Origin: Lytechinus pictus
Taxonomy: Eukaryota
Length of the DNA stretch: 64,000 nt
Reading direction: 5' to 3'
Assembly: GCF_037042905.1 (NCBI RefSeq)
Contig: NC_087252.1
Location: forward strand, 26,042,001 to 26,106,000
In this document: in pieces, positions 40,080 through 52,000 of the stretch
Layout of the letters: each line of letters starts with the position of its first letter
Numbering within the stretch: the stretch's first letter is position 1
Made by a program: the position numbers and the translations under genes
The notes under the pieces: generated by a model
What the model saw: the letters and a program-made list of their open reading frames with translations, nothing else
The model's database searches: none
What the model was told of the DNA's origin: nothing

Positions 40080-40297
40080 GTTTATGTTGATACCACAACC
40101 TGAAATTCGAGCCAAATTATGAGTGACATTTATTTACCCTTATGTGCAAGTTTCAGAGAATGGGTCCTCATATTTCTAAGTCATGACATTTAAAAGAAAC
40201 TTAACTTGTCAAGGATTTGTTGTTGACGACCCTGATGCCCCCCCCCCCCCCCCGACAAGCAGCAGCTTTGTCTCGCTTCTGCTATGCAGGCGAGACA
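40080..40297 (-). mobile_element. Truncated relative of the 29637-30611 HINE-like element
   Basis: Terminal hairpin GTCTCGCTTCTGCTATGCAGGCGAGAC is close to the reverse complement of 29639-29664. Confidence 0.6.
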
Positions 40298-40725
40298 AAC
40301 AACAGTTTCCATACCAATACATTAGAAAGTAATAAACCATTATAAAACACTATTAAAGAACCTTTTTAATGTAAGCATGATCAAACACTACTTCAGGACA
40401 TTTTTTTTTATCATAGCGTGTCCAAAACCTTTACTACCAACCTGGAAAGTACATGAAGGAGCACACGTTCACAACAGATATTATCCAGAGAACCAGTTGT
40501 CTTTTGGGAACCGCCATCTTCAGCTACGCGGCATGGTGAGTCATGTAACATATATACAGTATAAAGCTGCATTTCACTTGAATCAGTGCATAAATACACA
40601 GATATCAATGTTTACATTATGATTTATGAGATATGTATCTAAAATCATAAATCTATGTAAACTGCAGATTTCAAACAAACTTTGATAAAGTTAATGATTG
40701 CCTGTTTGACATGTTGCCAAATATA

Positions 40726-42277
40726 CAGTGCGTATCAATAAAGTCCACACCAAGAGACCATTCTGTAAAATTATATATTTATGATATTCTGAAGCTTTTT
40801 CCACATTTAAACATTGGTACAGATCTCTTTAAAGGGATGGTCCAGGCTGAAAATATTTATATCTTATTACATAGAGTAGAATTCACTGAGCAAAATGCTG
40901 AAAATTTCATCAAAATCGGATAACAAATAACAAAGTTATTGAAGTTTGAAGTTAAGCAATATTTTGTGAAAACAGTCGTCATGAATATTCATTAGGTGGG
41001 CTGATGATGTCACATCTCCACTTTCCGTTTTCTTATGTTATTACATAAAATCATAATTTTTTCCATTATTTCATACTTGTGTGGATAATATGTCTCCCTT
41101 ATAATGAAATAAGTTGAAGCAATACATATCTAATGCACTAAATCAGTTTTTAATCCAATTTTCTAGTTCTTGGAGGAAAAAAATTGAATAAACCTAATTT
41201 CATATAATAAAATACAAAAGAACAAGTGGAGATGTGACATCATCAGCCCACCTAATGAATATTCATGAGGACTGTTTTCACAAAATATTACTAACCTTTA
41301 AAATTCAATAACTTTGTTATTTGTTACCCGATTTTGATGAAATTTTCAGCATTTTGCTCAGTGAATTCTACTCTATTTATTAAGCTGTAAATACTTTCAG
41401 CCCGGATCATCCCTTTAAGCAAATGTTGATATAACTGTCAAGAAATCCGCTTGAGTGAGCACCACTTACTTTTGAAAAGTTCGTGAAAAATGTGATTTGC
41501 GCAGAACTCGGAAATAGCTGTATGAATAAAAGTAGACAATGATCATGAACACATAGAATTTAGCGAGGAAGATTGATAAGAAGATATCTTTTACATTTTC
41601 TTTGCCCAAAACACTTCATAGAACGTCATTGCACCCCCATTCCCACACACCAAGGCCATAATCGTGATGATATCTGCTATACAATGAGCATGTCATGGTC
41701 TATGCTTGGTTTTCCTTCTGTTAATCATTGCCAAGCTGGGGGAAAGTGTAGAGAAAGAAGTATTTTAAATGTAATATCAAATGTAAACCCACTTTATGAA
41801 TGAAAAAAACTTTGTGAAAAATGCTGGAGATGTCTGAAACATTCAGTAATGTCCTCAGATGAAGCTTGCATAAAGAAGGGTAAAGGTTGGGCTTGCCGAG
41901 TGTTAAAATGTTAATTTGGGTGGCAAAGTTGTTTAAAAAGTGTTGAAATGTATCTGTTTTATTTCAATTGGCTAGCAATATGATATAAATGTATCAGAAA
42001 TGTGCCGCGCGCTCAGTTTGTTTTGGACTTTTTCCTTGACTCATCGAAAAAATGAGCATTTCTGCACAAACCGATTTCTCACGTGTGCCACGTTACAAAA
42101 ATGGAGTGCTCACTCAAATGTAGGCCTTACATTCTGTCTAAATTTTTACTTCCATTTAACAGTTGAGACCCACACCCAAGAATATAATTATGTGGAAAAA
42201 AATTATCCCCGTGTTGTTTATTTTTCAATTCCCAAAGCTTTTTCATAGTGTATAAACTTTTTTATTGATACGCGCTG
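40726..42277 (-). mobile_element. Tc1/mariner-type MITE, TA TSD (diverged copy 2, opposite orientation to 29173-31131)
   Basis: TA|CAGTGCGTATCAATAAA ... TTTATTGATACGCGCTG|TA; body collinear with the reverse complement of copy 1. Confidence 0.85.
40833..41414. mobile_element. TTAA-specific palindromic MITE (Kolobok-like) nested in copy 2
   Basis: TTAA|AGGGATGGTCCAGGCTGAAA ... TTTCAGCCCGGATCATCCCT|TTAA; TIRs of about 200 bp. Confidence 0.9.
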
Positions 42278-43649
42278 TATATCTGACAACTGAGCTTAAG
42301 CACATGAATGTGAAAGAATGCCAGAACATTTACTACATACCTGTACATTGTGCACCTTCGTCATTTCAAATACACAATATTTTTCCCCATTGGGAAGAGG
42401 CCCCTTTCACCAAATGGTATCAGCTCGCATTCTGTGTTTCCATCGTTTTGTTCAAGAAGATATGATTACGGTTCAGGATTTACAATATAATTCAGGGCAA
42501 TGTATGAAACAAAACATTCACGACTCTATTGTATGGATTCTTATTCTTCCTTTTCAATACTCTATCCACTGGACTTAGTTCTGAGTCCAGCAATTAATCG
42601 TTCAACTGATATTTACGATTGATCATACACAATACTCTATGCACTCTATAATTATAGAAAGCAACCCTACGATCAATCACTAAGCTTTATGTCACAGGGC
42701 CAAACATTAAGGAAAATGAAAGATACACTCTAAAAACACTAATTATTTTACCCAAAAGTAAATAGAAAGGGATTACATGTATGTATGTTTGCTGTGTATC
42801 TTTTTTACCCAATATTGGTCTATTTAAACGCACCAATGCATAAAATTTACAAAATATTAAGTATCTTTTTACCCAACCAACATGCATATTCCCACTTTAC
42901 CTAATATTGGGTAAACCTTTTTTAAAGTGCATAGAAATACAGATATAAGAGTTTAGAGAGCTGAAGGAGTAAAAGGAAACTGCATGGTGGCAGTTAATTG
43001 ACGAAGTCTTGGGAGTTATTTTAGTGACAGTAGAAAAGTATATGACAGTGATAAAGAATAAAGGTATAAGTGATACTAGAAGCAGAGAAGAAAGTCATGT
43101 AGTTATTGGATATAGCGAGCTTGTAAGGTACACGAGAGAGAGAGAGAGAAAGAGAAAGAGAGAGAGAGAGAGAGAGAGAAGGTAGAGGAATGAATCTATG
43201 AGACGGCGCTATAAAACTTATGGGTTTCTCAGAATGTACACGCTCAAAATCTATCTCCAAGTGTTTGCTTATTGCAATATTTTTTTGTGATACTTGATCA
43301 CCTCATCATACCCCATATTAAGGGGCGTTAGTATCATTAATCTGGTTAATGGTTAACCTTATATAACATACATTATGAGGTCTACCTGCTAGGGTCATGG
43401 GCACCATTTCATGAAGCTTGTCAGTAATTGCAATATTTTATTGACACTTGATCACCTGATCATAACTTGCATTTAGTGGCGTTAGTATCATAAATATTGT
43501 TAATGATTAACCTTACTTTACATACTTCATGAGGTCTACTTGCCGCCATTTCATGAAGCTTGTCAGCAATAACATAACTTGACAGTGAATGACAGTGAAT
43601 GACAACTTAACTTAGTTGTCATTCACTGTCAAGTTATCATAGAGTCAGA

Positions 43650-43771
43650 CAGTAGCGTACCGTGACTCGGAGGAGACAAAGCATGGGGGGGCACTGCATT
43701 GTCTGTGAACAATGCTGTGCCCCCCCCCCCCCCCCAATGCTTTGTCTCCTCCGAGTCACGGTACGCTACTG
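43650..43771. mobile_element. 122-bp palindromic hAT-type MITE, 8-bp TSD GAGTCAGA
   Basis: CAGTAGCGTACCGTGACTCGGAGGAGACAAAGCAT ... ATGCTTTGTCTCCTCCGAGTCACGGTACGCTACTG; TSD at 43642-43649 and 43772-43779. Confidence 0.92.
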
Positions 43772-43972
43772 GAGTCAGAGACCAGACAGTGCTCTCTGAT
43801 AACCAAAACCAAGGATATAAATAACACATCAACAGTAATAAATTTACAGAAGCTTGATATCAAGAACGCCCCCACTCAGATCTACTGTTTAAAAAGCCCC
43901 GATTTTACAGCAATAACAGAATCATTCTGTAAATTCATAAGACAGGAAATTTTCTGCAATTTAACAGAACAG

Positions 43973-44117
43973 GGGCCCGTTGCAGAAAGAGTTGCAATCA
44001 ATCGCAACTCTAAAAATCATGCGCAACTTGATTTTCAACCAATCAACAGCGTGCATTTGGGACTTGCGATTGATTTTTTGACTTGCGTTTAAACGCAACT
44101 CTTTCTGCAACGGACCC
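43973..44117. mobile_element. PIF/Harbinger-type MITE, CAG TSD
   Basis: CAG|GGGCCCGTTGCAGAAAGAGTTGC ... GCAACTCTTTCTGCAACGGACCC|CAG. Confidence 0.85.
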
Positions 44118-45911
44118 CAGGTCTGTTTAAAAAGGGGAAAATGGTGTTTTGTTTAAGGAAATTTGTAAGGTTCCATACATCACCAAATACCAATTTCCTG
44201 TAATATTATGCAATCTGGTAAGATTACAGGTGTTCTCGAGACTCTGCTGCAGGATCGAACTTCTTTTATTTTAAGGATAAATTTTCTAACAGTGTAGACT
44301 TCTTTCATAACTTCTTGTATACCTTCTCTTCTGCCTGTTATTACAGCTAATATCATCTCCACCATTCATTTCCTTCCCATGCGATTCACATAGTACACAG
44401 CGTTGTTTGAATTATTTTTAACAGTGCAGGGCAATGTATAAAACAAGACATCCACGATACTCTATTGTATGGATTCTTATTCTCCCTTTTCAACACTTTA
44501 TCCAATAAACTTAGTTCCGAGTCCAGCAATTAATCGTTCAACTGATATTTACAATTGATCATACGCAATACTCAATGCACTCCATTATTATAGAAAGCAA
44601 CCCTACGATCAATCACTAAGCTTTATGTCACAGGGCCAAAAATTAAGGAAAAAATGAAAGATACACTCTACAAACACTGATTATTTTACCCAAAAGTGAG
44701 TAGAAAGGGATTACATGTATGCATGTTTGCTGTGTATCCTTTTTACCCCATATTGGGCTATTTCAACGCACCAATGCATAAAATTTACAAAATATCAAGA
44801 ATCTTTTTACCCAACCAACAGGCATGTTCCCACTTTACCCAATATTGGGTAAACATTTTTTTAAAGTGCATAGAAATGCAGATATGAGAGTTTAGAGAGC
44901 TGAAGGAGTGAACGGAAATTGCATGGTGGCAGTTAATTGACGAAGTCTTGGGAGTTTTTTTAGTGACAGTAGAAAAGTATGACAGTGATAAAGAAAAAAG
45001 GTATAAGTGATACTAGAAGCAGAGAAGAAAGTCATGTAGTTATTGGAAATAGCGAGTTTGTAGGGTACATGAAAGAGAGAGAGAGGGGGAGAGAAGGTGA
45101 AGGAACGGATCAATATATGAATGAGACGGTGCTATAATGGGCTTCTCAGAATGTACACAATCAAACTTTATCTCAAAGTGTTTGCTTATTTCAATATTTG
45201 TATTATTATGAACTTCATCATAACCAGACTTTAGGCGCGTTAGTATCACTAGACCTGTTAATGATTAACCTTGTTTAACATACATTGAGGTATACCTGCT
45301 AGGGTCATGGGCACCGGTTCATGATGCATGTCAGGAATTACAAGTTGTCATTCACTGACAGGTATCATACGCATACAGTTATCATAGTAAGAGTCAGAGA
45401 CCAGTGCTCTCAGTCAATTAAAACCAAGGATATTACTAAAATGTCAACAGTTATTAATGTATTGTAGCAGCTTGTGCTACCAACTCGCATTAAAAAGCCC
45501 CCACCCCGATCTAGACTACCTTCTTTTATACCTTCTCTTCTCAATCTTCTGCCTGTCATTACAGCTAATATCATCTCCACCATTTGTTTCCTTCCCAGAT
45601 TTCTTTACATCCTTGTTGATTGAAAATATAATTAAATTGTAGACTGGTTCAAACACGGCATACATGTGCACCTGAATCCTTGCTAGGCATTAAAAAAGAC
45701 ATCACATAAATGCACAAATGCATTAATGAACAGTTGATGGTGGTATTTATTCATCAATGCCCACTGAATCTGGATTGAATATACTTCTTAAAAATAAAGA
45801 AAAATGAAAATTGACTAAGGAGTAGAGTGAAACAATGGCAATAAAATATTTTTATTTGTTCAAATCATTTGACTAGAAAAAATATCCATATCTTCCCAAA
45901 TTAAAGTCATT

Positions 45912-46224
45912 GGCCCGTATTCTGAACTCTGGTTTCAATTAAACCCTGATTTTAAGTTGTGGTTTAACTATGGATAGCCAATTGGGAGACAAATCCCTGA
46001 TAGTACAAATCCACTTTATTAACTCATTTGACTTAAGTTGTTCATATTGTCTGGGAATGATTACTTAAGTATTTTTCTTCATCATGAAAGCAAAATGAAA
46101 CGAAATAGTATACATAAGAAATATACAATACAAACAGAATTTTTGAAATTTTGGCTCCTCATGATTTAAGCACACAGTTAAATAGACCGTGGTCTAAGTT
46201 AAACCCGACTTCAGAATACGGGCC
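45912..46224. mobile_element. Harbinger-type MITE, 3-bp TSD (ATT)
   Basis: GGCCCGTATTCTGAA ... TTCAGAATACGGGCC. Confidence 0.8.
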
Positions 46225-46519
46225 ATTTACTACACAAAGACTTAGTTTACACTAACATAATGCAAAAGAAAAAAAGATAATTGCAAAATAAAACAAGAAG
46301 CGTTTACATACTGTTAAAAACCATGCACCAAATTTCAAACATACTGTACACAAATATTGCAAATGAAATGCTGTAAAATCAAGGATTATGTTAGTACTGT
46401 ATAAATGTCAATCAGCCTTTGTTCAATATACTGAACCGAATGCAAAGAAATTTACAATTTTTTCTAGCCTTATACCTTAGCTTGAATAATTTTTACCAGT
46501 TGAATAAAATATCTCTTAA

Positions 46520-46932
46520 GGCGATCGCACACCTTACAATTGGTCTGCAACCCGATTTTGGAATAAAACGTAGTAGAATTTGATGCTAACATTGAGACTT
46601 GGAATATCTTACTGTGTAATGTTCTAAATCATCTTACGAATACCTATGTTCATATCTGTGACTATGCTATCATCCTTCTTAGAATAAAAGTAAATTTAAT
46701 ATCTAGTCGTAATGACGTCACAGCAGTCGTACGATTGGCTACGATTTGAATCTAATTTTGCTTGTACTACAAAATAAAGGCTTGCAATCTTTCAAAATTG
46801 TTATATTAGTATTTGTTCAATTAATTTTAACCTCAAATAAAATGATATGTTCCATTCACATTTTCAGAAAATGAGTAAAATGCGATTCGTTCCAAAATCG
46901 GATCGCGAACAGTCGTAAGGTGTGTGGTGGCC
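46520..46932. mobile_element. TIR MITE
   Basis: GGCGATCGCACACCTTAC...CCGATTTTGGAA inverted to TTCCAAAATCGG...GTAAGGTGTGTGGTGGCC. Confidence 0.7.
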
Positions 46933-48569
46933 TTTATGCATTAAAAATAGGATGGCTGGAAACTATTGTTCCTTCTAAATAGTTCTCTGGTGGTTAAATT
47001 GTTTGAATTTAAAAATATAATTCATGATATATACATTTTCTATGAAATAATATACTGTTGTGTTTTTACTATATGACTCACTTTGATCAAATACTGGAAA
47101 ATATCAGATTTGGATAAGGGGCACACATATGAATAAACAAAAAAATAAGTTTTCCAATCCTTTGAATTAATAAAATTATTTTTTTTTAAATAATTTACAC
47201 TGATTGTACCCCCGGAGTTTCTATGCGTTCTGATTCACACTAGAATAACATACACAGAGACAAAATGTAATATACAAATCATTACCAAAAATCCCCCAGA
47301 CTGTGATACCAAAGGGACAAAATTAAGACATCATATATCAATATTTGATTATCTACATTTCATTGCGACAACGTTTGAGCAAAATCACATGCACAAGACA
47401 AAATAATTGGGAAAGATGTTCACTATTTCAACTACCATCACTGCTTGGTAAATCTAGATATCCTGAAATGTATTTAAATAACTCAGTGAATTGTATTCAA
47501 AAAGGAATATTTGAGCCACTTCATTTTCTGACTATGTTAGTACTGTTATTATTTACAATAAAAATTATCAGATTAGGTAAATGAAACGGTAAAGATGTGT
47601 CTTTGAAAAAGTATATTTGGTTCCTAGTACTGAAATTTTGCAAAACTGCCTCATGAAGTGAATAGCCACTTAGACATTCTTTACAAAAATCAAAAAGAAT
47701 ACCAGCACTTAAGAATAAAGGCAAAAGTGGGCTCAATGTGGAAAAAAGTTTTTTTCTTCGTCAAGATTTATCTAAATGTGTTTGCCTCATACATATATTA
47801 CCTCCTAAAAATTATCTCTACAAAGAATGGGTGTTGGCATTTAAACAAAAATAAATCAATTGCTATTTATTACAACACAGGAACTTTCTTTCACAATGGA
47901 CTCTGATCTTGGGTATAAGCATAATTCAGCCAAAATATATCCCTTGCTTTACTATTGTGTATAGATATTACACAACATTACATATTCCCTCATACCATGA
48001 AAAAATAAAATAGAAAGACATCACTGGTTTTGTAAATATATATATATATATTTGAATCATTTCTTTGACTTACATCCCTGTAGAGTATTTAGCTTTCATT
48101 CCAAACTATCTCGAATATGCTTAGCATTTTGTCAAATAAAATCACCAAAAATGAAAACGGATATTGGCATCCTTCTTTTTATGATACAAGGTTGGCAGTT
48201 TTTATCATAGTATCAAATATATGTCTGCCTGTTGTGATTTGTCTCATCTATTGAATATCAGTAAGGCAACTGTTATCTTTGGATTTCTACTCAAGTTTTC
48301 CATAAATTTGTATATGCAGTCTGCATTATAAATTTTCAAATCTTGAAGTCATAATTACATATTAATCTTAAACCTCACAACATTGTACAATATTAGCATG
48401 CCTTATTCTTTTGTCCCATTTTGTCTTCATAATTTTGTTTGAATTCAGAAGATATCTGAATTAGCTTTACCTGCTAATAGTTGTGCATTCAAACCTCGTT
48501 GACGGGTGGATACAAATTGATATAATATTCTATATCTTCATACATGTACTTCCACCCTAGCCACAATGA

Positions 48570-48800
48570 TGATGATGATCCACAGCATTTATATTGCGCC
48601 ACATATCTGTTAAAAACATTCATAGGCGCTGGCTCATCCAAAAAGTTAATCACTACACATCTGCCAAAATAAGTGAGTTTTGAGAGACGGTTTAAGAGTT
48701 CTATGCTGTCAATTTCACAAAGTGAAGAAGGGAGGGAGTTCCAATGCTGGTGTGAAAATATTTAGGTACTGTGCAACCTTTATTTTAGGTACTTAGCACC
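48570..48800 (-). mobile_element. Old L2-like LINE 3' fragment just after the stop codon of the FAM234-like gene
   Basis: ATTTATATTGCGCC...GTGAGTTTTGAG...GGGAGGGAGTTCCA pattern resembles L2 3' ends. Confidence 0.5.
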
Positions 48801-48815
48801 ACTCTAGAACAAAAC

Positions 48816-49075
48816 TCATGCCTTTGGATCCTCTTTGATTCTCTCCCGGAAGTAACTGTTCCCATACGTGCCCATGTAGGCGCCCCACTCCTGCTGGTGG
48901 TAAGGGAGTATCCTGGCACAGCGCGCTCCCGGGTCGGTCCTCTTTGCCTCCTTGAGGCCGCAGTCACAGGAGAGCCGTAGTCTGTAGACCGTCATCTCCC
49001 CCGCATCCAAGTTGAAGGGATAGATGTTGAGGGGGTCGGTAGGTGACTCTGTAGGAGATGCTGTAGCTGAGGCAG
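48816..49075 (-). CDS. FAM234-like terminal coding exon
   Basis: CTTCAG acceptor, phase 1; GEMTVYRLRLSCDC...WGAYMGTYGNSYF, TGA stop. Confidence 0.88.
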
Positions 49076-52000
49076 CTGAAGATAAAAAAATATAGAGGTT
49101 AAAGAACATCATCAACAAATTCTCTATTGAAGGGGGAATCATCAAAATTGCTTTTATTTCATACTCTTTGTCATCCATATAAACCATATCAAAACTGAAA
49201 AAAATGTTTTTTTTTATTATAGGACAAAGATTTAAGTATGACTTAAATTGCGCTTAAATGCTGACGTGTACATGATATGAAACGCGCAATCTTATTGATC
49301 AATACGCAATAGTGCGCATCCTCTTTGCATGATTTGACCAATGCGGTCATGCCTTTTATAATGCACGCAACTGGGCATTTAAGCGCGACTCTAAGTCATG
49401 CTTAAATCTTTGTGAAACACGCCCCTGATGAATACACAATAATATTGTTGATAGTGTATTGGTATTCAACTAGATAAAAGATATAATGTGAAAATAGCAC
49501 CTTAGTAACAATAGTGATGGATGCATTTTTTCTTTCAAACTCAGTTAGAGTCTAAAAATTCAATAGGGCGACTTATTCTAATTGTTAACTTTAAGGTGGC
49601 AGGTCACAAGTTTGCTTTAATATGCTAGTGTACTTACCCAACTTCCGACAATGGTCTGAACCCAAATGTTCATATGCATCATGGTCAAGCCCATAGTATT
49701 CATCTGAAAAAAAGGGGGAAAAACACGCAATATCCATCAAAAATCACATCAAGGAAACTGACTTGCATTCTACAATCTCATGAAGATACAAATACAGTTG
49801 AAAATGTTGCAGGTGAGTTTGTTTTGTTCAAGTCACAAGGTTGGAAATTCAACTGAGGTGACTCTAATGAAAATAATTGATTCATATAATATATATAAGA
49901 TTCATCAAACTGACCTGATACAAAGCTGATTGAAATTATATGAATTGTTTAAGGTAAACTAAAGTGACCTGCAATAGCATATCATTATATGGACAAATCT
50001 GAGAAGAAATATGATATGAACCAATACCTAATAAACTATATATTGAGCTGTATTTTTATGATATGACAAAGTTGAAGTGAATTATATTGAAGACAATGTA
50101 CATGTACATGTATCTTGAAAAAATTAGACAAGCGTGAGACTAACTAAAATAGACCTGAACTGAACTGAAGTGCTGTAAAACAATTTTATTTTGTAGGAGT
50201 GATATATAAATGGGTATTTCATTATTATCATTAATCCTTAATTGTTGTAATCATTGATATCATCATTATTAGAATTATCAATATTATCATCATCACCATT
50301 ATTACCATAATTACTAAATAAGTTTTCTAAATCATGGATAGAATTTCCCAATAGACTAAACCATATGAGGGAAGGGGAGGATATGAATGTGTATATTGGC
50401 TAGCCGTTAGACAACATTAACACACAATTTCCTTGCCTAAATAGAGAAACGCTGCATGAGTAGAAATTATTTGATTAATGGTTAAAATGAATGACTCACT
50501 ACTAGGATCCATTCTCTGTTGCTCATTATTGGTCCAATCATCAAGGCATTTCTGCTCTGTCGCTGTGATGATCTAAAACAAACCGAAAGAAACATCAAGA
50601 AGAAAAGGTAAACTTTCATAAGAATTCTGTCAAAACAATATACTAGTACATAACACATTCTTTTATAAGAAGCAGTATCACTGGAAACAGTTCTTGAGTA
50701 ATTCACAGTGCTGGTTTATAATTCATTTCATAGTTTTAATGACTGGTAATGAGGCAACCATCATCTATTATTGTATTCTGGGCTCCGTAACACAAAGCTT
50801 AGCGATGAATAGCGAATATGAAAGAACAATTCTGATTGGTTCCTGGTCAGTATTTTGATCCAAATGCGCATGTACCATTCATCTTGATTGGTCAGTCCAT
50901 TTCGCGATTGATCGCTAATCTTTGTGTCATGGAGCTCTCATGAAATTCATATTCCTGAATATAACAACTCTTTTTTAATTTGAATTTGCACACAATTTTG
51001 TTGTTTTACATATACACATGTAAAGTTTAAAAAAATTGGGTAAACAGTGTACAAAGCCATATGTACTCGCTACCTTTCCTCGGCTTTGCTTCGGGAAGAT
51101 AGCTACATCCAACTTGCCTCGGAAGAGATAGTTCGCCCATCACACTTACCAACAGTCATTACTTGCTTAATGTCACAATAAAATTTTATACAACTGTCAC
51201 CATTTTAAGTTGTATCCAAGGATGTATAAATAACTAGTCTAGACATACAATAGAATTAATTTACATGAATTTACATTTATTTTACATAAAAGGCAACTTT
51301 AGTAGTGTAAGATAGACTGCACTCTTTACTTACTGCATTTCTTGCAAACTGTAAAACTTCATATGTTTTACATCTATTTCCTCTTCTTAATTTGTTTGAT
51401 ACTTTTCATGAATTAATCATTATGGTTTATAAAAAGATGAAGTTAAGCATCTCACCCTATTTGGTTTGGGATAGAACCAGTAAGTTGCAAAGATGACATC
51501 AATGCTGTTTGGATCGCTGGGTAGGTCATCCAGGACCGGACTAAGAGGTGGAGCCAGGGTACCAGTAGAGATAAGCCTCTGGATACCTCCCGCATCATGG
51601 AGTCCTGCGTGACGTCTCGATCTTTGGTGTTGCTCATCCCTTGGCATGTCCGACCTGGAGACAAACAGCTTGGCATTGCGTTTAGATACAAACCTCTTCG
51701 TCTTTCCATCATTCTTTGATTCATCGTCTAGTCCAAGAAGGTCCTTGAGGATTCCCTCAAGCTCTTCCTCTGAGAGGTTTTGTAGGTCATCTTGGGGAGT
51801 TTCATCACCGCTTTCTTGTCCTGATTTCTTCTCCTTCGGAGAATCAAACCAGGATTCTGGAAGTCCAAGGTCTTCAAGTCCTCCTGCGATATCTCCAGAT
51901 AGTAGCGCATCATCATCAGAAGGTGAGGTATTGGTCAGTGTCGCGTCAACAGCTTCATTTTCTTCTTTTGCCTGAGCGCTTTCTGTTGGGATCTTATCAC

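Larger units (their letters stand above)
42493..45600 (+). repeat. Old diverged tandem duplication (about 42493-44380 vs 44426-45600)
   Basis: CAGGGCAATGTAT...ACTCTATTGTATGGATTCTTATTCT... repeated collinearly with substitutions and indels. Confidence 0.9.

Noticed and set aside
51646..51975. Plus-strand Ser-rich ORF (also 26121-26618 and 36099-36371)
   Set aside because: Antisense shadows of real minus-strand coding sequence
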